From a virus (lineage: Duplodnaviria > Caudoviricetes), in IMG/VR virus record IMGVR_UViG_3300030060_002561, positions 1-64,000 of that record: a stretch of DNA of 64,000 bases; one strand, given 5' to 3'. A program made the position numbers and the translations under genes. The notes beneath the pieces are model-generated. The model was not told the DNA's origin. It made no database searches and saw only the letters and a list, made by a program, of their open reading frames with translations. Below, piece by piece: positions 29,939-37,989 of this stretch; position 1 is the stretch's first letter; each line of letters starts with the position of its first letter.

Positions 29939-30462
29939 CCTTCTGCCTCCAATAGCGCATCAATTAGAATCGACTTCTTACCATCTGCCTTGATTCCTCT
30001 CTCATCGAGTAGAGCCTTGAGTTGCTTGTTGGTGAGTTTCTCTAGATTTGGTGGCAGAGGGGCAAGGACTTCCTTTTCTTCCTTGACTGGCTTCTCCATT
30101 TGAGGATGAATCTCTTCCTTAGCCTCTGGTAGTTTCTCCGGCTTGGGCTTGGCCTTACCACCGAAGAACGACTTGCTCTTTCCGAATATTTTCTCAACCA
30201 TAGTCGGACCATCATCATCCTCGGTCAATTTATCATAGTGACCAACTAGATGGCTTCTCTTGTACTTTGACATAGTAGCCAAGTCCTTCTCATCGTTTGA
30301 GTCTAGGACTACTGTGTAGTTGTCATCTCTAAGAAGCGAACTAGCATACCTCAAGGGTATGTCTACGTCTTGTTTGTATCCTACAACGTATCTGTCAGTA
30401 CCGAAATTTATTCTCATTGCTCGACCATTCAATGGTCTGTTCGTTAGTCTAACCTTAGCCAT
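29935..30462 (-). CDS. Protein with C-terminal SAP/HeH DNA-binding domain
   Basis: LEKLTNKQLKALLDERGIKADGKKSILIDALLE. Start moved to ATG 30462 (MAKVRL), which follows an AGGTGA SD. Confidence 0.7.
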   Translation of the reverse strand: MAKVRLTNRPLNGRAMRINFGTDRYVVGYKQDVDIPLRYASSLLRDDNYTVVLDSNDEKDLATMSKYKRSHLVGHYDKLTEDDDGPTMVEKIFGKSKSFFGGKAKPKPEKLPEAKEEIHPQMEKPVKEEKEVLAPLPPNLEKLTNKQLKALLDERGIKADGKKSILIDALLEAEG

Positions 30463-30483
30463 ATTCTCACCTAGTAATAGAGG

Positions 30484-30525
30484 GTAGCGACCCCCTTCCT
30501 GATGTTCTAGGAAGAGGGCCACTAC
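30484..30525 (-). terminator. 17-bp stem-loop after the capsid/decoration genes (terminator or mRNA-stabilising hairpin)
   Basis: GTAGTGGCCCTCTTCCT-8 nt loop-AGGAAGGGGGTCGCTAC pairs fully, including G-U pairs. Confidence 0.55.
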
Positions 30526-30537
30526 TTTATGTTTTAC

Positions 30538-30921
30538 TCAGAGAAGGCCGTAAACTCGACAGCGTACCGCACCGTAATCTGTGGTTCCGGTATGCTCTGC
30601 TATCTCGTTACTTACTTCGTGTAGAACGTTCAGAACGAACGAGGTCGTAGAAGCAGATGCTCCGCTTCCTGTGTTCGTTGTGTACGAGCCTGTTGACAGT
30701 ACCTCTGGTACAACTAGTGCAGTAAATGTGTCCTGACCAGTCACCATTACTTGGTGTATGGTGCTTAGTCCACAATCTGCGGCATTAACCAGAAGCCCTA
30801 CAGCATCCGTAGCCGGGTATGCACCCAAGTCTACTAGGATGTCCACGAAATACTCGTCACCTGATACTCTAGGCGATGTCATTCCCTTGTGGTCTTCAAG
30901 TATGGTTACTGCGGTTGCCAT
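30538..30921 (-). CDS. Capsid decoration/minor head protein
   Basis: 127-aa beta-rich ORF directly downstream of the MCP, with a GAGGTGG SD. Confidence 0.55.
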   Translation of the reverse strand: MATAVTILEDHKGMTSPRVSGDEYFVDILVDLGAYPATDAVGLLVNAADCGLSTIHQVMVTGQDTFTALVVPEVLSTGSYTTNTGSGASASTTSFVLNVLHEVSNEIAEHTGTTDYGAVRCRVYGLL

Positions 30922-30932
30922 TCACAACCACC

Positions 30933-32354
30933 TCACGCAGACTTTAGGTTGGTTATCTTACCTTGTCCCTTGAAGAACGAGCAAGCAGTCTCGCCCATGG
31001 TTCTGTACAGACCTGTGTTACCAAGCCTGTCAACACCGAATGGGTTGCCGTTAGCGATACCATCCTCAAAGTATTGAGTAGGCTTCATCACACTCATCCA
31101 CAGATGGTCTGTGTCCAGAAGAAGGATGTCGCTCAATCCGTTGGTAACTGACGAAGCAGTTGTGGATGGCATGTCCTTTGCTGGTATGATGGGTATGTCG
31201 TAGTAGGTTGCTACACGGAAACCGACTTCAGCACCTTTGGGTCCACGGACACCGTTGTGGGTAGGTACAATCTCCTTCCTGTCCATGAACCTCTCTTGGC
31301 TCTGTAGTAGGTCCGAGATGTGCTGGATAGTATCGTATCCAGTAATCATTACCTTCGGGTTTCCACCGTTCTGCCTTATCTTCCTAATCATGTCGTTAAG
31401 GATGGATAGAGTTAGAACCCTAGCAGATGCGTATGATGTACCGAAGTCAACCTCTGCATCTAGGTAAGTCCTGTCTCCAGTATTGTTTATCACAACATCG
31501 TCAACGCTTCCTGCGTCACCACCATCGGCGGCAGACGTAACTTCTCTGTCTGTTCCGAAAATCTTCCTTACTGCAAGGGAGATGTCGGTTACACCAGTAT
31601 CGTTCTCGCTCCTAGCCGTTATGTTGTCTAGGTACATCTGTCCGATTTCCTCGGCAGATGAGACAATCTTGTGGAGCGAAGTGTAGTTCTCCATAACTCC
31701 AGTCTTGTTGCTGTCTGTGATGTCATCTCCGTTGACTGCGCCATCGACATCCGAGTATCGCTCTAGTGGCATCAGAAGCATAACGTTCTGAACCTCTGCG
31801 TGGTGCTTACCCATGTCCTCTCTAACGATAGAACGAATGTCACCTACACCGTCATCAATAGCGGCCATCTCCATACCAACCTCTGAGAACTCAAACTTGT
31901 GAGCAATCGTCTTAGGGCTGATGTAGAGTTTGGTGTACTCTGGAGATAGAGCAGGGATGTCTGCTAGAGCCTCGTTCTCTGTGACTCCACCTAGTCTGTC
32001 TGCTCTAGGGGTTGCAGAACCTGCGGCTCCGCTTCCTACTCCGAAGGCGGCAGAAGCCCCACCGGATGGTCGGCTTCTTAGAACCCTCCAACCAGAGGAA
32101 GTGTAAGGTCGCTTTGCCATCATCGAAAGTGCGTTAACTTCCTGATTCAGCATTGACCAAACCTTCTGTCCGTATAGGACTCCGTATAGGTCGGACAATC
32201 CAGTGGCGGCAGTAAAGTCTCTGCCACTTGCATCGTGTGGTGTTCCAAATCCTCCGACTACACCTGCGCTCTTTAGTAGTGCATTGCCCTGTGCGCCCCT
32301 CATTCCATAGGTTGCGGCTTCAAGGTCTTTCATTGTCTTAATATATCCAGTCAT
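30933..32354 (-). CDS. Major capsid protein (HK97 fold)
   Basis: 473 aa directly after the protease. Motifs YGQKVWSMLNQE, ISPKTIAHKFEFSE, IRQNGGNPKVMITG, VATYYDIPIIP and GKITNLK match halovirus/Magrovirus-type MCPs. Confidence 0.92.
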   Translation of the reverse strand: MTGYIKTMKDLEAATYGMRGAQGNALLKSAGVVGGFGTPHDASGRDFTAATGLSDLYGVLYGQKVWSMLNQEVNALSMMAKRPYTSSGWRVLRSRPSGGASAAFGVGSGAAGSATPRADRLGGVTENEALADIPALSPEYTKLYISPKTIAHKFEFSEVGMEMAAIDDGVGDIRSIVREDMGKHHAEVQNVMLLMPLERYSDVDGAVNGDDITDSNKTGVMENYTSLHKIVSSAEEIGQMYLDNITARSENDTGVTDISLAVRKIFGTDREVTSAADGGDAGSVDDVVINNTGDRTYLDAEVDFGTSYASARVLTLSILNDMIRKIRQNGGNPKVMITGYDTIQHISDLLQSQERFMDRKEIVPTHNGVRGPKGAEVGFRVATYYDIPIIPAKDMPSTTASSVTNGLSDILLLDTDHLWMSVMKPTQYFEDGIANGNPFGVDRLGNTGLYRTMGETACSFFKGQGKITNLKSA

Positions 32355-32356
32355 AT

Positions 32357-33583
32357 TTAATCACCCCTCGCTAGGTTGTGTATATCTCCCCATGACAGAC
32401 CGTGTGCATCCTCAACTGATGTTGGGAAGTTTTCGGGTAAGTCAAAGGCGACTTCCTGTGCCTTGCGAATTTCTTCATCCTTCTCAGTGAGAGACTTTCT
32501 CAACTCAGCAAACTCTGCCTTTAGTCCAGCAACGTCTGCGCGAGCATCGTACTCGCTTCTCTCTGCGGCGGATTTCTTCAAAGCAAGTTCCTCTTGGAAC
32601 CTAGCACCGAAGGTTTTGCTTAGGTTGTCGTAAGCAAGTTTCTCCAATTGCTCTGCTTTGAAAGCCTCGTAAGCCTTCTCTACGTTCTCGGCACTGAGGT
32701 CCAAAGTAGAGAAATCAGTCGATTCTAGACCCTTAGAGACTGTGAGTGGTGGAGGTGTTGCTTTGGGTGAACCACCGCTAACAACTTCCTCTCCCGCCTC
32801 ACCATGTTCTCTTGTGGTGTCCTCATCGAGTGCCTTCTCTTCCTTGTCCTCGTCATCATCCTCTTTGTATGACATGTCGCCCATCAGTTCTTCTTCCATG
32901 TCATCGCCTTCATCGGCTTTCATTTCGGATGTTGCCATCTTTTCATCTTCTTCTTCTTCCTTGTTAAGTTGCTCAACCTGCTTCATTAGGCTGTTCAACT
33001 CTTCAAGTGCTTTTTCCAGTTTTTCACTCATATTGTTTTTCACCTCCGACTCTTGTTTCAAGATGTCGAATTTCGCTTCCGGGTTGATTCCTTTCTCGCA
33101 GATTGTGACTTCATGTAATTCCAACTTATCTATTTCGTTGTATTCTCCATACTCGTCAGATGTTCTCTGCTTCTTAGAAATCGCTTGCCCTCCTATACTA
33201 AATGACCTAAGTGTTCCTTTTCGGATGTTTCTAGAGATTTCCTTCGCTTTTTCTATGTCATCTCTCATTTTGATAACGACATAGAATCCAACGTCATCCA
33301 CACTTGTTTTGTGTAAGATTCCGTTTTTATCACGATATTTCTCTACTACCTCCCCGACTTGAACATTTGAATGGTTTGACATTACATTTCTGTACTTCTT
33401 CTCTCCCATGTATTTCTTGACTGCTTCATCCAATGCATCTAGTGTGATAAGGTCGTTTTGCTTGTCAACGATTTCTATTGATGCATATCCTCCTATTACT
33501 AATCCGTCAGACTTCAGTATACTAAATTCTCTTTCCTCATTTGCCTTTAGTAGCAGTTCTCCTGATGCTAACACTTTCGACAC
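32357..33583 (-). CDS. Prohead protease (HK97 gp4/S78-like) fused to acidic coiled-coil scaffold
   Basis: IGGYASIEIVDKQND, catalytic-type MSNH and RSFSIGG, LHEVTIC..GINPEA; acidic coiled-coil C-terminus. Confidence 0.9.
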   Translation of the reverse strand: MSKVLASGELLLKANEEREFSILKSDGLVIGGYASIEIVDKQNDLITLDALDEAVKKYMGEKKYRNVMSNHSNVQVGEVVEKYRDKNGILHKTSVDDVGFYVVIKMRDDIEKAKEISRNIRKGTLRSFSIGGQAISKKQRTSDEYGEYNEIDKLELHEVTICEKGINPEAKFDILKQESEVKNNMSEKLEKALEELNSLMKQVEQLNKEEEEDEKMATSEMKADEGDDMEEELMGDMSYKEDDDEDKEEKALDEDTTREHGEAGEEVVSGGSPKATPPPLTVSKGLESTDFSTLDLSAENVEKAYEAFKAEQLEKLAYDNLSKTFGARFQEELALKKSAAERSEYDARADVAGLKAEFAELRKSLTEKDEEIRKAQEVAFDLPENFPTSVEDAHGLSWGDIHNLARGD

Positions 33584-33604
33584 CTTTTTTTCTTTCTATT
33601 TAAG

Positions 33605-36199
33605 TTAATCTGATTTTTTAGTTGGAAATGACAAATCTGCGTATTTATCTTCTGTAATATCCCAGAGTTTTGTATCATCCTTCATATCCAACATCTCTTG
33701 TTTCTTACCTGTCCAGACAATCCAAGTCTTCTTCTCATCTAGAGGTACAACTCTAACGTGGAATCTAGTATCGAACTTGTCACCTTCTAGTTTGTATTCA
33801 TGGTATCCTTCTTTCTGTACACCTAGTATTAACTTACCAGAATCTATCTCCTTCTTATGTTGACCTAACCGTTTTCCTACAATAGCAGGGAACTTCCCAG
33901 ACTTACCAAACAAGTCGTATATGTCCTCACTGTTTTCTATATCAATCTCCCAGAAGTTTCTCTTGTCATTAACATCCATGATGAAATCCAAGTTGCCATC
34001 TTCTCTCAAGATGATGCTAAACGAACCTGTTTCTCTTTTTTTTAATTCCTCGACATCCTTCTCTAGTACATCTGGTATGGCAGTAAACTTGTTGGGATGA
34101 TGATATCTCAGACTATCCTGCTTCTTCATCCAAGTCATCAGATTCTCATCGCTACTCTGGAAAACCTCTTCGTATGTCTCTGGGAACTCCTTCTTTACGA
34201 AATCAACTATCTTAGGAAAGGCAGTTGGTTTGTTCTTGTATATGTCTATTATCTCATTCTTGATTGCGATTCTTAATTCTGACCTTCTGGTTTTCAACAT
34301 CCTCTCTAGTTCAGACTTCCACATGTCTAGATTGTACAATGCGTTCTTCTGCATAAGTGAATCACCTTCAAATCCATATATGGTGAAACCATCAAAGTCG
34401 CTCTTCAAGATTATCTCAGCAGTACCATGTATGTCATCAGTTATCATATACGACTTCTTTTCATTGGTCTTGTCCTTTATTCCAGTTGTGATATTGAACG
34501 GGCTGAGTTGTCGAACCCCAATCATAGCATCTGAAGTCAATGATTTCTTGGTCTTGGTAGATAACTTCTCCAATGTGGATAGTTTGTCTGACTGAGTTAC
34601 TTCTGGTATCTCTATCACTTTAGCAGAGTAGAGATTGAATCCCTTCTTATTCTTCTTGACTTCATCCACCTTGACTCTAACTATGTCTCCGACACTTACC
34701 TTTACCTTGGTGTTGAGTGCCTTACCAACTGAAACATATGCCTTGTCATCCATCTCCGTAGTTGTATAAGTCCTAGCCTCTTCCGCAGTAATCGGGCCTA
34801 CTCCCATAGTGTAAGTATGCATTCCATTGTTAGTGGATTTCTTATCTAGTACAATAACATCCAAGTCAACGAACTTTTTCCACTTAATCCACTTCGGATT
34901 CTTCTTCTTTGTAATTGGATATGTTGACTCCATATCCTTGATTACCACTCCCTCCGATGCAGGTAGTTCCATGATATCCTTCGCATACTCTCCTACTTCC
35001 TTGATTGAGTCTGCGACTCTGGTATCTTTCTTCGATGGGAATGCGAGAGAATCAGATGAGTGTTGACTGAATTGGTATAGAAGGATGTTATGTCTCTCTC
35101 TCAATGGTTCATCATGAATGTCCTTGCCCTCATGTTGCATTATGTCAAACACATGCGCTCTTAGTTCTCCACCTTTCTTGTTCTTGAAAACATGAGCAAT
35201 GGTAGAAGCCCGATGTAGTGGTTCATCATCCTCAAACAGAACCAACTCTCCATCTAGTATACAATCCCCGAACTGCTTCTTCCTTAGTTGCTCGACTTGC
35301 TTCTCACATTTGTCAGTAATATCCTTCTTGTTGTATGAGTATACCTTGATGTTATCCTTCTTCTTGTGAAGTTGTATTCTCATGCCGTCATACTTCTCTT
35401 GAACCAACCACTCTCCAGTAAATCCCTTCAACTCCTTCAAGTCATCTAACTCAAATATCCTGTACATCGGTTTGTTTGGTATGATGAAATCTATTTCCGA
35501 TTTCTCATCTACACTCTTCTCGTCTTCGCTCTTCTCTAGGTCTAACTCAACTAGATTGTCCCATTGTTCATCTTCGTATACGCCATTGAACATCTTGTCG
35601 AGTCGCTTCAATGCTCCCTTGAACTTTGACTTGATTCTGCTTTGGTCTTCATCTTCTGCCCCATAGTGTTCTATGATGTAGAGAGGTATGTCATCCATCT
35701 CTAAATCCAATCCCATTGCACCTTGAGTGACATTATCTCCCTCCATGTCGTGTTCTTCCCATATTTTATCGGGAAGTGCATTGGAATGGGAACGTAGTGC
35801 ATAGTGAATAAATGCAATGAAGAGTCTGTCACTCTCCAATAGGGTGTTTATCACATCCCCTTCAAACTTCTTGGAGAACGGGTCGCTAACTTTCTTGGAC
35901 TGGAACCTCATGTCCTTGACGGCTTCGTATACCTTCTTGGCTTCTAGAGTGGTTGGGTCTTTAGCAGACTTGTCGAATAGAACCTTCTCTTCTAGATACT
36001 TCTTCAATTCCTCAGACAGTTTGTTTAGTGAGTCGAAGTCATCTCTGATTTTATCTATGACTTCGTGCCATTCCTTCTCATACTCTGCTTTGTCCTCTCT
36101 GGCTGAAAGATAGGCGTATCGTGTCTTCTCAAAGAAATCAAGAATTGCTCTAGTCAAATCCTCAGTTTCTTTCTCAAACATCAATCCTGTTTCAACCAC
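33605..36199 (-). CDS. lig: ATP-dependent DNA ligase with long N- and C-terminal extensions
   Basis: Motif I QEKYDGMR, III ILDGELV, IIIa VFDIM, IV EGVVIK, V WIKWK, followed by an OB domain. Confidence 0.92.
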   Translation of the reverse strand: MVETGLMFEKETEDLTRAILDFFEKTRYAYLSAREDKAEYEKEWHEVIDKIRDDFDSLNKLSEELKKYLEEKVLFDKSAKDPTTLEAKKVYEAVKDMRFQSKKVSDPFSKKFEGDVINTLLESDRLFIAFIHYALRSHSNALPDKIWEEHDMEGDNVTQGAMGLDLEMDDIPLYIIEHYGAEDEDQSRIKSKFKGALKRLDKMFNGVYEDEQWDNLVELDLEKSEDEKSVDEKSEIDFIIPNKPMYRIFELDDLKELKGFTGEWLVQEKYDGMRIQLHKKKDNIKVYSYNKKDITDKCEKQVEQLRKKQFGDCILDGELVLFEDDEPLHRASTIAHVFKNKKGGELRAHVFDIMQHEGKDIHDEPLRERHNILLYQFSQHSSDSLAFPSKKDTRVADSIKEVGEYAKDIMELPASEGVVIKDMESTYPITKKKNPKWIKWKKFVDLDVIVLDKKSTNNGMHTYTMGVGPITAEEARTYTTTEMDDKAYVSVGKALNTKVKVSVGDIVRVKVDEVKKNKKGFNLYSAKVIEIPEVTQSDKLSTLEKLSTKTKKSLTSDAMIGVRQLSPFNITTGIKDKTNEKKSYMITDDIHGTAEIILKSDFDGFTIYGFEGDSLMQKNALYNLDMWKSELERMLKTRRSELRIAIKNEIIDIYKNKPTAFPKIVDFVKKEFPETYEEVFQSSDENLMTWMKKQDSLRYHHPNKFTAIPDVLEKDVEELKKRETGSFSIILREDGNLDFIMDVNDKRNFWEIDIENSEDIYDLFGKSGKFPAIVGKRLGQHKKEIDSGKLILGVQKEGYHEYKLEGDKFDTRFHVRVVPLDEKKTWIVWTGKKQEMLDMKDDTKLWDITEDKYADLSFPTKKSD

Positions 36200-36211
36200 A
36201 CAGAACCCACC

Positions 36212-37009
36212 TTATGCTTGAGTCGGGGCTGGGCCAGTATTGTCACTCATCCTTCTATTGTGTTCCTCTTGACTATGTTGACGCGCCCTAAGTTTGCTTA
36301 CTTTTCCTAACCCGCGACATAAATCACATGTCTGCATTCCCGGATTCTTACCACCTTTAGCATCACCAAGATACATCTTAACTGGCCGTCCTCCTAAACT
36401 TCCACTACCACCGCATTTGGGACAGGCTACCATTTCACCCATGGTTTTCGGATTCATCGGTTCTTCTATTCTATATTTCAAAAGAGTCTTCCATCCCTCA
36501 ACTGACTTATCGAGATAGATTTTTTCTTCTTCTTCCTCATCTTCTTTATCTAATCTCTCATCTATGTCTGCTTCACTTCTAAACTCGCTATCCATCGAAG
36601 GTGCGGAACTTAATACTCTAGGACTACCCTTGATGTCTCTTAGAATCTCATGCATCTTTTCCTCTAGTTCTCTCTTATCTTTTCCTTGCACTCTTTGTAT
36701 TGCTTGAGTCAATTCATCTAGAAGTCCTTCCAACTGTGGGGACAACTTCTCAAGTGAGTCCAGTCCCTTGCCGAAGTATTCCTTGCTTCCGACATGACCG
36801 TATCCAGAGTTGATGTCATCCGTGGATACCGGGTTGTCTACCTTCTCTTCTGCTGGCTTCTTCTTTGGTCTTTTGACCTTGATTTCCTCTCCTATAAGTG
36901 GGTCTTTGTTCTCAATGATTCCTAGGTGTTCGGCTTCCTGTATGCTTTCCTTTGCTTTGATTATAGCGGTTCTTACCAGCATCTCGTCTTTGCTTACTCT
37001 ATCTGGCAT
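36212..37009 (-). CDS. Hypothetical protein with DnaJ-type CxxCxGxG zinc finger
   Basis: CPKCGGSG...CDLCRGLG; internal GWKTLLK motif. Confidence 0.7.
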   Translation of the reverse strand: MPDRVSKDEMLVRTAIIKAKESIQEAEHLGIIENKDPLIGEEIKVKRPKKKPAEEKVDNPVSTDDINSGYGHVGSKEYFGKGLDSLEKLSPQLEGLLDELTQAIQRVQGKDKRELEEKMHEILRDIKGSPRVLSSAPSMDSEFRSEADIDERLDKEDEEEEEKIYLDKSVEGWKTLLKYRIEEPMNPKTMGEMVACPKCGGSGSLGGRPVKMYLGDAKGGKNPGMQTCDLCRGLGKVSKLRARQHSQEEHNRRMSDNTGPAPTQA

Positions 37010-37237
37010 CTAACTCATCCTCTCTACCATAGTGTGAATGTCATCCCAATCCATCTTCGCAATTGTATCTCCTGTAGGCAACTCTCCACCTTGAGCCATT
37101 GCGGGAGTTGGAGTGTCAACCACAACCATTCCACTCTTCATCAATAGATTATCCTTGTGATAAACTGCATCTTCTAAATTCTTTACCTTGTTTACTAATT
37201 CTTTCAATAGTAGCATCATTTCATTGTCTTCTGTCAT
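37010..37237 (-). CDS. Small coiled-coil protein with scaffold-like C-terminus
   Basis: LLLKELVNKVKNLE coil; ends MDWDDIHTMV, similar to the scaffold's LSWGDIHNLA. Confidence 0.7.
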   Translation of the reverse strand: MTEDNEMMLLLKELVNKVKNLEDAVYHKDNLLMKSGMVVVDTPTPAMAQGGELPTGDTIAKMDWDDIHTMVERMS

Positions 37238-37563
37238 TTCTTCCCATCTCCTTTCTTCTTTGGATAAATCATATTTCTAATCTGACCGTAGAGAACCTCG
37301 TAGTCCTTCCTTAGTTCTGCGGCAGAGGCAACTATTTCTAGGTTCTTCTCATCGAACGATTCTATTTTCTTGTTCAGACTCTCATCGCCCTTCATCATAT
37401 CCAGTGATTTCATCTCTGTAATCAAGTCACCTAGTTGTGTCATGTCCTTTCCGAAGAACTCAGTAGGTTGAGATGATTGCAATAGTTTCTTGACTCTCTT
37501 CTTTTCCTTCGGGTCTAGTTTCTCCAGTATCGGACTAGCCTTTAGAATAGATTGCCAACTCAT
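37234..37563 (-). CDS. Hypothetical protein with MSWxxILK N-terminal tag
   Basis: Starts MSWQSILKAS; coupled to the downstream gene. Confidence 0.7.
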   Translation of the reverse strand: MSWQSILKASPILEKLDPKEKKRVKKLLQSSQPTEFFGKDMTQLGDLITEMKSLDMMKGDESLNKKIESFDEKNLEIVASAAELRKDYEVLYGQIRNMIYPKKKGDGKK

Positions 37564-37570
37564 TTTTTAA

Positions 37571-37981
37571 TTACCTCGGTAGATATGGTTGTCCAAAGAC
37601 CTCTTCCCTTTGTTTGCTTCTTTCCTCATAAGTTGGTTTAGGTTTGATTTTCTTACGTTCATGTGACATACCTTGCTTTTTGAGTGCTTTCAAATCTTTT
37701 ATGAATTGAGAAAATGTCTCGTATAATTTGTTATTCTGGTCAACATCATACTTGTATGATTCTAGACCAGACATATTCATGTACGGATTGTCATCATAAT
37801 ATCCTTCTTTCTCTTTCCTTTCTACACGTTTTTGCGCCTGTGTTAATACCTTCTTGTACATAGGCTCTATCGAATCTATCATTTCATTTATTGCATTGAA
37901 ATCTTCCATATCTTTAGGTGCATACTCTTCTGCTATCTCTCTTTCAAGAGGTGAAACTTTGATTATATCTTCCCAACTCAT
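37571..37981 (-). CDS. Hypothetical protein with MSWxxIIK tag
   Basis: Starts MSWEDIIKVS; AGGTGA SD; AT-richer than its neighbours. Confidence 0.7.
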   Translation of the reverse strand: MSWEDIIKVSPLEREIAEEYAPKDMEDFNAINEMIDSIEPMYKKVLTQAQKRVERKEKEGYYDDNPYMNMSGLESYKYDVDQNNKLYETFSQFIKDLKALKKQGMSHERKKIKPKPTYEERSKQREEVFGQPYLPR

Positions 37982-37989
37982 AACGTCAC

